This document shows, piece after piece, positions 48,071-56,208 of a DNA stretch of 63,519 nucleotides. The notes under the pieces are model-generated. The model was given only the letters and a program-made list of their open reading frames with translations, did not search any database and was not told where the DNA came from. The position numbers and the translations under genes are program-made. The stretch lies in contig JACRKZ010000049.1 of NCBI GenBank assembly GCA_016235455.1, positions 1-63,519 on the forward strand, read 5' to 3'. Origin of the DNA: Armatimonadota bacterium. Its GTDB lineage: Bacteria > Armatimonadota > UBA10988. The stretch's first letter is position 1; every line of letters starts with the position of its first letter.

Positions 48071-51000
48071 ATGGGCAAGGCGCGATGGTGGTTGGGCCTG
48101 GTGGCGGTTGCGTTGGCGGGCTGCTCGGCGGCGACGGGCGATCGGCTGCCGAGCCTGCGCCCGGTGCCCGGTGGCGTCGATGTGCTGGTCGACGGCAAGG
48201 TGGTGGCACCGCTGCGCCTGAGCAGCAACGGCGTGCTGGAAGAGGGCAAGACTTCGGTCACGCCGCGCGAAGTGCGACTGGGCCCGATCGCGTGCCGCGA
48301 TGAGCATGCCGTGTCCTTTGGCAGAGACTCGTTTGTCAGCGTCACGCTGCGCGATGGCCTGCCGACGTTGGTGCGCTTCCGGCTCCAGATCACCGCCTTC
48401 GACCCCGAGCGCTGGGCGCTGCTGTTCGACCAGCCCGCGCCGTTCCATTTCCTGACTCTGGCCATGCCCAGCGCCCAGGTCTGGCACCAGCGCGGCTGGC
48501 TCAATGCCACGCCCAATGCCGATCCGTTCCCGCTGCTGGGCGACACGCATGTCGGTGAGCCGGAGATCAGCTGCAAGTGGAACCGCAACTGGAGCTACCT
48601 CTGCCCCATGGGCGGCAGCCCGATCCCCATGCTCGGCCTGTGGGATCCCAGCGCGCGACTCTACCTGGGCTATGACTTCCAGTGCTCGCGCGCCGGCGAC
48701 CAATCCGAACGTTTTGTGTCCGGCGCCTACTGCTGGCAGCAGGGCGCCGACCGGTCGTTCGTCACGCTGACCTACCCGTATGGCGGCGCCAAGTTCGGCC
48801 GACTGGTCTATCCCAAGGCGGGCGATGTGATCGAATCGGCGTGCGAGCTGATCATCGACCCCGACCTGCCGGCCTGGGAGGATCCCAACGAGCGATTCCA
48901 GACCCGGCTGTTCGCCCGCTGGGCCGACCATCTGCCGCGCGTGCCCGAGACCAGCGATCTGGGCTGGGTGGCCGGCAAGGCGCACCTGCAGGACTTTGTC
49001 GGCGGCCCGAACATGGCGGTCTGGGGCAATGGCGGCGAGGGCACCTTCTATCCCGAGGGCACCGAGCTGGTGCACGGCTGGGGCGGCCATCGCGAACTGC
49101 CCATCGAGTCCGCGCTCAACAGCGGGGAGCCTGGCGCGGTGGAGATGGTTCGGCGCCGCGTTGATGACCTGGTGGCCAAGTATGCCAAGCGCTTCGTGGC
49201 CGGCGATGACTCTTGTCTGTACTTTGAGAAGCCGCTGTCGGGCGCCTGGCGTGAGAACTGGGGCGGTCCGGGTGCCACGACGCTGCACAACACCGATGCC
49301 TTCTACGTGGGCCGGCTGTTGCTAGGGCTGTACCGGCACCGCATGAGCAAGCCGGGCGACCTGGACGTCATCGACGGCATGATGCGCTGGGCGCGTCAGT
49401 TCGTCTGGAGCCGCAACGAGTTCGCCGACGTGCCGAGCTCACCGTTTGCCATCGGCGGTACGCTGTCGGCGTCGTTCCTGCTCGACTACTACCACACCTT
49501 CCGGGACGACGCCCAGCGCCGCAAGGACGCCGCGGCCGCCCTCACCTTGGCCGATCGCCTGACCTGGCGCTACCTGGTCATCTGGGCCATGGACAGCGAC
49601 CGCTACGACGCGGCGCTGGATGGCAGCTTCCTGGCCGAGCCCAACAGCGGGCGCGACTGGGCCGCCTTGGCCTGCGCCAACGAGGTGTTCTGGAATCTGG
49701 ATACCGCCTGCCAGGTCTACGTGCACACGGGCGATGCCCGGCTGCGCTACTACCTGCGCGGCATCGCCGAGCGCTGGCCGCAGCTCTACCGGGCCGTGGT
49801 CACCACCGGCGTGGCCGACGCCGATCAGCGCGCCATGACCGAGGGCCTCGGCCTGTTCGACGGCGCCGGGCCCGGCCGCGGCGAGCGCTACGCCTATGGC
49901 TGGCACGACATCCTGGCGCAGATGGAGCCGGTGGGCGCGTCCAAGGTGCGCGTGGTGGCCGGGCCGGCGGCGGTCATCGAGTTTGGGCGCGACGGCTGCG
50001 ACATCCGCGCGGTGGACTACCGCACCGATGGCCGCGGCCAGTGCAGCTTCCGCCTGGCCGGCACCACCCGGGACGCGTTCGACCTCAGCTTCTCGTATCC
50101 GGCGGTGGACGTCTCGGCCCAGACAGTGCGCATCGCGCGGGCCGACAAATTGGCGGACTGGCGCGAGCACACGCGGCGACCCAAGCAGGCACCGAGCTGC
50201 CTGTATCTGAGCGGCCTGCGCGCGGGCGACTGGGTGCACATCGGCACCGTGCCGCCCGGCGGGCAGTCGCAGACCTTCACCGCGCCGCCGGCGCTGGTGG
50301 CCAAGGGCGGTGCCCTGCCCTCGCCCACAGCGCGCTACGGCGACTTCGTGCCGACGCCCTCGCTTGGCGGCACCCAGCTCCCCCGCGGCTGGTCCGACCC
50401 TCGCGCCTTCGCCGGGCTGGAGCCCGGTATGAAGTGGTCCTGCGGCGTGCCAGTCAACACCGGCCTGCTGGGCGCCACCGAGGCCATCGCCACGACCATG
50501 CCGCGCGGCGCACGCTCGGTGCTGGTGGCCTATGCGCCACCGCTCGATCGCGTCCGCGAGGCGCGGCCCGAGCTGGTCCTGGCCGGCGGCAAGCAGGTGC
50601 CGGTGGCCGGTCGGCCGGTGCTGCTGTGGCGCGCCTGGCCACCGGTCTTCCAGCCGCTGGTGCTGCTGGCCTACGCCGACATTCCGCTCGGCGCGCGCGT
50701 GACGGGCATCGACAACCACGCCACGACGCTGCTCGGGGTGACCTGGTGCGTCGGGCGGGGCCTGTTCGACGATCCGCGGCGCAAGGCCGCCTGGGACGGC
50801 GGGGCCGCCGCGCTCGACGCCGAACTCACCGCGCGCGCCGACATGGTGCGGCTGCGAGCCCGGTTCGCCAGGCTGCCGGCCGTGCCCATGGCCTTCGTGC
50901 CGCCCACCGAGGGTAGCCTGGGCCAGTCGTTCCTCCAGGCGGTCGGCCTGGCGCCCAAGGTGGCCGACCTCAGCCCGCAGGAACTGGTCGACCCGGCCCG

Positions 51001-51574
51001 CTTCAATGGGGAGAAGGTCAAGGTGGCCTTCTACACCGCCGCCGAGACCTACTGGGGCACGGTCAAGCGGCCCAACGACGGCGAGGAGGCCATCGCCCGC
51101 TACCTTTCCGGCGGTGGCACGCTGGTCTGCCTGGGCAGCCAGCCCTTGCCCTTCTGCTACCACATGACACTCGGCCAGACGGGGCAGAAGGCCAACGCAC
51201 TGCTGCCGCGACTGGGCTTCCCGGTGGGCAATGCTTGGGAGGAAGCACCGGCCGGCCTGACGCTGACCAATGCCAACCCGACCATCCTGACCAGCGTGCC
51301 GGCGACTCTGCCGTGGCCCAACGGCGACCAGCGCCTGCGCAGCGTGGAGCCCGGCACCGTGGCCAAGGCGCACCGCTACCGCCCGCTGATCAGCGTCAAG
51401 GGCGCCGACGGCCGGCTGATCGGCGATGCTGCCTGCGTCATCGACCTGGGCGAAGGCCCGGCCAAGGGCGGCCGCATCGTGTATGTCTGGTCGACCTTGG
51501 GCTCGGCGCCCGCCGGGCAGCAGATCATGGGCGACGTGGTGGCCTGGGCGGTAGAGGAGGCGGCGCGTCGGTAG
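48071..51574 (+). CDS. Large lipoprotein of unknown function (possible alpha/alpha-barrel carbohydrate-active core and C-terminal GATase1-like domain)
   Basis: Lipobox LAGC (Cys18), 1167-aa ORF with host codon usage, aromatic-rich core and C-terminal IARYLSGGGTLV...GGRIVYV. Confidence 0.7.
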   Translation: MGKARWWLGLVAVALAGCSAATGDRLPSLRPVPGGVDVLVDGKVVAPLRLSSNGVLEEGKTSVTPREVRLGPIACRDEHAVSFGRDSFVSVTLRDGLPTLVRFRLQITAFDPERWALLFDQPAPFHFLTLAMPSAQVWHQRGWLNATPNADPFPLLGDTHVGEPEISCKWNRNWSYLCPMGGSPIPMLGLWDPSARLYLGYDFQCSRAGDQSERFVSGAYCWQQGADRSFVTLTYPYGGAKFGRLVYPKAGDVIESACELIIDPDLPAWEDPNERFQTRLFARWADHLPRVPETSDLGWVAGKAHLQDFVGGPNMAVWGNGGEGTFYPEGTELVHGWGGHRELPIESALNSGEPGAVEMVRRRVDDLVAKYAKRFVAGDDSCLYFEKPLSGAWRENWGGPGATTLHNTDAFYVGRLLLGLYRHRMSKPGDLDVIDGMMRWARQFVWSRNEFADVPSSPFAIGGTLSASFLLDYYHTFRDDAQRRKDAAAALTLADRLTWRYLVIWAMDSDRYDAALDGSFLAEPNSGRDWAALACANEVFWNLDTACQVYVHTGDARLRYYLRGIAERWPQLYRAVVTTGVADADQRAMTEGLGLFDGAGPGRGERYAYGWHDILAQMEPVGASKVRVVAGPAAVIEFGRDGCDIRAVDYRTDGRGQCSFRLAGTTRDAFDLSFSYPAVDVSAQTVRIARADKLADWREHTRRPKQAPSCLYLSGLRAGDWVHIGTVPPGGQSQTFTAPPALVAKGGALPSPTARYGDFVPTPSLGGTQLPRGWSDPRAFAGLEPGMKWSCGVPVNTGLLGATEAIATTMPRGARSVLVAYAPPLDRVREARPELVLAGGKQVPVAGRPVLLWRAWPPVFQPLVLLAYADIPLGARVTGIDNHATTLLGVTWCVGRGLFDDPRRKAAWDGGAAALDAELTARADMVRLRARFARLPAVPMAFVPPTEGSLGQSFLQAVGLAPKVADLSPQELVDPARFNGEKVKVAFYTAAETYWGTVKRPNDGEEAIARYLSGGGTLVCLGSQPLPFCYHMTLGQTGQKANALLPRLGFPVGNAWEEAPAGLTLTNANPTILTSVPATLPWPNGDQRLRSVEPGTVAKAHRYRPLISVKGADGRLIGDAACVIDLGEGPAKGGRIVYVWSTLGSAPAGQQIMGDVVAWAVEEAARR

Positions 51575-51877
51575 GCCGCGGGGAGCGCACAGGCTGTCTG
51601 ACGGGCCGCCCGTGGTACCGCAAGGCCGACGCCAATCGGCCGGGCTATCGTCAGGCAACGGCTCACCAAGTTAGCCTGGGGCACGTGTGTCAACAGAGGG
51701 GAGTCACCTTGCGCACGGTCGTCCTCATTACCGCACTGTCGGCCGCCTGCGCCTGTAACCCTTCGATCGCGGCCCGCATCGTTACCCGGCAACGAGAGGC
51801 GCGGTAACGGCCTCGTCCGTCGACGCAGGCTGTGGGCCGACCGGGCGTGCGCTACAATCGGGCCAGGACACCGCCTC

Positions 51878-53362
51878 ATGGCTCAGCACGGCAATCTGGA
51901 CCCGGGCCTCGACCCGCGGAACCTCGGGTTCGAGCCCGAACTGGAAGCGCTCTACCAGGCGCACTACCAACGCAACGTGCGGCCCATGGTGCGTGTGGCG
52001 GCGGGACTGATGGCCGCGCTGTTCCTGTTCTACGCGCTGCGCGACTACCTGGATACCTACTCGCTGACCCTGGCCTCACGCGGGAATTCCGCGCCCGGCC
52101 TGTGCTGTCTGCTGCTGCTGGGACTGTCCGGGGCGCGCTGGTCGGGTGGACGCTGGCAGCAGGTCGTGGTGGGCTGTGCCTGGCTGGCGGCGTGGTACTC
52201 GTTCAGCGGCACGGCCATCTACTTCAGCCTGCATCCGCTGCCCGGCGGCGACGGCGTCTCGCACTTCAGCCAGCGGCCCATGCCGCCGGAGTTGCTGTTC
52301 TACTCGCTGCAGGTCTGCCTGGTCATGCTCGGGTTTGCCGCCTTCCGCCTGCAGTTCCTCTGGACTCTCGGGCTGGAGGCAGGCATCGTCCTGCTCGGCG
52401 GCACCGTCTGCTGGGTGTGGCTGCTGACCGGCGCGGATAACAAGCTGGTCCACCTGTCACGCTTCCTCCAGCCCACGCTGCTCGTGCTCTGCGTCATCGC
52501 GCTGATGGCGTTCGCTCAGGAGCATCTGGCCCGCCGCGCCTGGCGCGCCAACTACTTGCTCGACCAGGAGCGCAACGACGAACGGCGGCGACGCGAGCAG
52601 ACGGAGACCAGCCTGAGGATCCTCAACCAGGCCATCGGCGGCATTGTCCACGACCTGGGCAATCCATTGGTGGCCGTGCAGACGGGCTCGCAGACGCTGC
52701 GCCTGCTGCTGTCCGCCGAGCAGCCCAACATCGCGGCCATCGCCGAACTGGCCGACGCCATCGGCGAGGGCGGCCAGATGCTGGACTACCTGCGTGTCTC
52801 GCTGATCGAGCAGTCGCGCGTGCTGGCCGGGGCGTCGGTACCCGTGGAGCGGGCGCCGACCTCGCTGCGGCGCATCGTCGAGGCCGGACTGCGCTTCCAG
52901 AAGCCGCGATACGCAAGCAAGCGGGTGACTTCGGTGAGCGGCGAAGACCTGGACGTGCGCGTCGACGAGGTGCGGATGGTGACGGTGCTGATGAACCTGG
53001 TGGGCAACGCGCTCAAATACAGCGACGGCGAGGTGCGAGTGACCTGGCGCGCCGCCGGACGCAGCCTGCTCATCGCCGTGCTGGACGAGGGCATGGCCGG
53101 CTGTGGGCTGACCGAGGCGCAGGCGCGAAGCCTGTTTGTGCCGTTCGGCCGGCTCGATCAGCATGCCAGCGTCGAGGGCATCGGCCTCGGCCTGCTGTCG
53201 GCGCGCAAGGTCGTCGAAGCGCACGACGGCGAGGTCTACATCGAGGGCACCCTCGATGGCCGGCCTGCCTCGGCACCGTTCCGCACGGCGGTGGCCAGCC
53301 ACCCGACGATGCTGGAGCCGCCCTTCCGCACGGCGTTCGTGGCCGCGCTACCCCTGGCGTAG
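51878..53362 (+). CDS. Membrane sensor histidine kinase
   Basis: About six TM helices, H-box VHDLGNPL, N-box NLVGNALKYS, DEG and GIGLGL. Confidence 0.85.
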   Translation: MAQHGNLDPGLDPRNLGFEPELEALYQAHYQRNVRPMVRVAAGLMAALFLFYALRDYLDTYSLTLASRGNSAPGLCCLLLLGLSGARWSGGRWQQVVVGCAWLAAWYSFSGTAIYFSLHPLPGGDGVSHFSQRPMPPELLFYSLQVCLVMLGFAAFRLQFLWTLGLEAGIVLLGGTVCWVWLLTGADNKLVHLSRFLQPTLLVLCVIALMAFAQEHLARRAWRANYLLDQERNDERRRREQTETSLRILNQAIGGIVHDLGNPLVAVQTGSQTLRLLLSAEQPNIAAIAELADAIGEGGQMLDYLRVSLIEQSRVLAGASVPVERAPTSLRRIVEAGLRFQKPRYASKRVTSVSGEDLDVRVDEVRMVTVLMNLVGNALKYSDGEVRVTWRAAGRSLLIAVLDEGMAGCGLTEAQARSLFVPFGRLDQHASVEGIGLGLLSARKVVEAHDGEVYIEGTLDGRPASAPFRTAVASHPTMLEPPFRTAFVAALPLA

Positions 53363-53366
53363 CGCC

Positions 53367-55439
53367 TCACCAGCGCGACGGCTCTGTCGCCCCGCCTCCG
53401 TCGAAGGCCCGCGTGGCGGCCGTGCCGAGGTCGTACCGGTACAGGTCCGGCCCGCCCAGACCGCGCGGGCGCGACGAGGTGAAGATCACACAGCGGCCAT
53501 TGCCCGACAGCGCGGGCGAGGAGTCCTCGAATCCCGTCAGGTTCAGCCCCGGCGTGCTGACCAGCACGCCCGGCTTGCCATCGGTGCCGTTCTGGTTCAG
53601 ATCGAACACGGCCACGTCGGTGCCGGTGGCGCCCGCGCTCTGACCCCAACGATCGGTCTGGAAGGCCAGATAGCGGCCGTCGGCGCTGAGCGTGACGAAC
53701 TGGTCGTCGCGCACGGAGTTGACCGACGACGACAGCGGTACGTCGCGCTTGGCCGTCAGGTCATAGAGATGCACATCCATGCCGCCACGGTCGCCGGCTC
53801 GCCCGTTGGCATCGTAGGCCAGCCGCTGGCCATCGGCCGAGACACGCGCGGTGTACTGGTCTGTCGTGCCGTTGAGGCCCGGTGTGTCGAGCAGTTGCTG
53901 CGTGTCGCGGTCGTAGACGTAGAGCCGCGAGAGCGTCACGCCGCCTTCGTCGCGCTCTGAGCGGAAGGCCAGGTAGCGCCCGCTCGGGCTGAGTTGCGGT
54001 GCGCGCTCGAGCGCCGCGGTGTTCAGGCCCGGCAGGTCGACGAACTGGCGCGTGGCGACGTTGTACAGGTAGATGTCCCAACCGCCGGCGCGGTCGGAGG
54101 TGAAGGCCACCAGGTTGCCGTCGGCGGAGACCGTCGGCGCCTCATCGCGCGCGGCCGAGTTGATCGAGCCGATGTCGACCAGCCCCTGGCCCAGTCGATA
54201 GTAGTAGACATCGCGCAGGCCCACGCCGCCGGCGCGGTCCGAGCAGAAGACGACCACCGAGCCATCGCCGCTGACACCTGGCGCCACATCCTCGGCCGAG
54301 GAGTTCATGGCCGGCAGCGCGGTATAGTGGTCCGTCGACCAGCCCGCGTGGGCGGTGGCCGCGCCGGCCCGGCTGCGCGCCAGGAAGCGGAACGTGCCGT
54401 CGGGGCCGCCCAAGGTCCAGTCGAGGAAGTCGAAGGCGATGAGGTACGGCTGCCACTGACCCACGCCGAGCACGGCGTCGAAGGCGTAGGCCCGCAGGTC
54501 GGCCACCAGCACGTCGGAGGCATGGATCTGGGTCTGCATGGCCAGCGGCGACGGCGTGCCAAGCAACTCCAGGTTCAGCACCTCGGTCGCGGGGATCGTC
54601 CAGCGTGAGGCCGCCGTGTCATAGCCCAGCCTGGCGGCTACGGTGCGGTCGAGCACCAGCTCATTGACCGCGCCGGTGTCGAGCAGCACGCGCAGCCCCG
54701 GCGTGTCGGCCACACCGGCGCTGGTGGTGACGCGAAACGGCACCTCCAGATCGGCATACGTCTCCGCGACGCGGTCGGCGGACAACGCCGTGGTGGTCTT
54801 GGCGGTGAACACATAGCCGCTGCCGGCCGAGTTCAGCGCTGGGGTGCCACCGATAACCAGCGACGATGCGCCGCTCGGACGCAGGTCGAACTCCAGCGAG
54901 CGCACCGCCGGCGCGAGTTTGAGCAGCACCGGATCGACGCGATTGGCCGTGCCGCCGGCGCCCGGCTTGAAGCGCAGGCCGAGGATGCCCTGCGCGCCCT
55001 TGGCGGCCAACGAGCGGTCCGTGGTGGAGGTGGGCTTGTCGATGACCACGATGTGCACGCCATACGCCGTGCGCTGGCCCAGAGCGATGGGCGCGACGGC
55101 GAACTCGCCCGTGCGTCGCCCCGAGCCGAACAGCAGCGAGGCCGGCCGGCCCGTGCGCTTGACGGCGCGGTTGGAGTCCTTGACCAGGTCACCGAACACC
55201 AGGATGCCCTGGAAGCCGGTATCCAGCAGCAGCCGAAACACCTGGTTGCCGATCTGCACGGGCACCAGGTACTGGCCAGGCAGCACCGAACCCAGCGCGA
55301 TGCGGTCATAACCAGGGTCACCCGCGGCCGCCGTCTGGAACGGTGTGAGCGACTTGGCGCCACCACCGCAGCCGACCAGCACGCCGAGACACACTACCGT
55401 GGCCACGCTGAGCGCCGCGCGGCGCAGACCGGTGTTCAT
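53367..55439 (-). CDS. Lipoprotein: pepsin-like bilobed aspartic protease fused to a TolB-like (PD40) beta-propeller
   Basis: Lipobox LVGC (Cys24), LLLDTG (Asp73) and VLLDTG (Asp254), GILGL and DAVLG, then repeated P.xS.DG..xxF.SDR.GG..DxY units. Confidence 0.8.
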   Translation of the reverse strand: MNTGLRRAALSVATVVCLGVLVGCGGGAKSLTPFQTAAAGDPGYDRIALGSVLPGQYLVPVQIGNQVFRLLLDTGFQGILVFGDLVKDSNRAVKRTGRPASLLFGSGRRTGEFAVAPIALGQRTAYGVHIVVIDKPTSTTDRSLAAKGAQGILGLRFKPGAGGTANRVDPVLLKLAPAVRSLEFDLRPSGASSLVIGGTPALNSAGSGYVFTAKTTTALSADRVAETYADLEVPFRVTTSAGVADTPGLRVLLDTGAVNELVLDRTVAARLGYDTAASRWTIPATEVLNLELLGTPSPLAMQTQIHASDVLVADLRAYAFDAVLGVGQWQPYLIAFDFLDWTLGGPDGTFRFLARSRAGAATAHAGWSTDHYTALPAMNSSAEDVAPGVSGDGSVVVFCSDRAGGVGLRDVYYYRLGQGLVDIGSINSAARDEAPTVSADGNLVAFTSDRAGGWDIYLYNVATRQFVDLPGLNTAALERAPQLSPSGRYLAFRSERDEGGVTLSRLYVYDRDTQQLLDTPGLNGTTDQYTARVSADGQRLAYDANGRAGDRGGMDVHLYDLTAKRDVPLSSSVNSVRDDQFVTLSADGRYLAFQTDRWGQSAGATGTDVAVFDLNQNGTDGKPGVLVSTPGLNLTGFEDSSPALSGNGRCVIFTSSRPRGLGGPDLYRYDLGTAATRAFDGGGATEPSRW

Positions 55440-55482
55440 GGCTCATTTGCTCCTGGCCGGCGCGCCGTGCGGCACCGCGACA

Positions 55483-56133
55483 CTATTGGCAGAACAGCCC
55501 GACGGCATTCAGGATCTGCCGCGTGAACGGCCGGTTGAGGACGTAATCCCAACCGCTGACGACCGGTGTGCCCTTCACGCCAGCCTCACTCCACGGGGTC
55601 ATGGTGATGCGTATCTGGCGGAACCTGAGCGTCATCTCCTCCTGGCCGCGATCGTCCTCCACCAGGTTCTGTGAGTACAAGGGGATGGTCACACCGTACA
55701 GCTCGAACTTGTAGGTCTCCTGAGAGCCGGTGTGGTCGGCCGACGGGGAGAGTGTGACGATAGTCACGCTGTCGAGCGTCGCGCCGCTCAGGTGCTGCAT
55801 GGCCAGCTTCGGGGTGGCGATGTCCATCGGCTTGGAGACGCTCACCGAGTTGGCCAACTGGCTGTCGGATCCCGGCTGCGGCGAGAACTGCGCCGCGCTG
55901 AGCGGCATCCACTTGGTGTAGCCCTCAATCAGGCTGTCACCGTCGATGGTCGTCGTGCCCCTGGTGACGGCCTTCATGAGGATGATGCCGCCGGCGCCGG
56001 CATAGTCGTTGAGGTTGTAGTTGCTCTGGTCAGTCGTGCCCGGTGTGGTCGTGGCCGAACTGCCACCACACGCGGTGATGAGCTCCACGGCCAGCATGGC
56101 GGCCGCCAGTGCGAGCACGCGCAGGATCCGCAT
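55483..56133 (-). CDS. Hcp (T6SS tube)-fold protein with an N-terminal lipoprotein-like signal
   Basis: IDGDSLIEGYTKWMPL, VSVSKPMDIATPKL, GATLDSVTI, YKFELYGVTI, EEMTLRFRQI and GWDYVLN follow the Hcp1 pattern. N-terminus MRILRVLALAAAMLAVELITAC-GGSS. AGGAGGGAG RBS. Confidence 0.75.
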   Translation of the reverse strand: MRILRVLALAAAMLAVELITACGGSSATTTPGTTDQSNYNLNDYAGAGGIILMKAVTRGTTTIDGDSLIEGYTKWMPLSAAQFSPQPGSDSQLANSVSVSKPMDIATPKLAMQHLSGATLDSVTIVTLSPSADHTGSQETYKFELYGVTIPLYSQNLVEDDRGQEEMTLRFRQIRITMTPWSEAGVKGTPVVSGWDYVLNRPFTRQILNAVGLFCQ

Positions 56134-56208
56134 TGAGCTCTCCCTCCTGTATCGTCGCCGTCAACGCGATGCGTTTGATTGGACTGTAGCACCGGGCAGA
56201 GGCCATCG

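Noticed and set aside
55483-56133. Type VI secretion system or prophage tail locus
   Set aside because: Only a single Hcp-like gene is present, with no sheath, baseplate, VgrG or phage genes.
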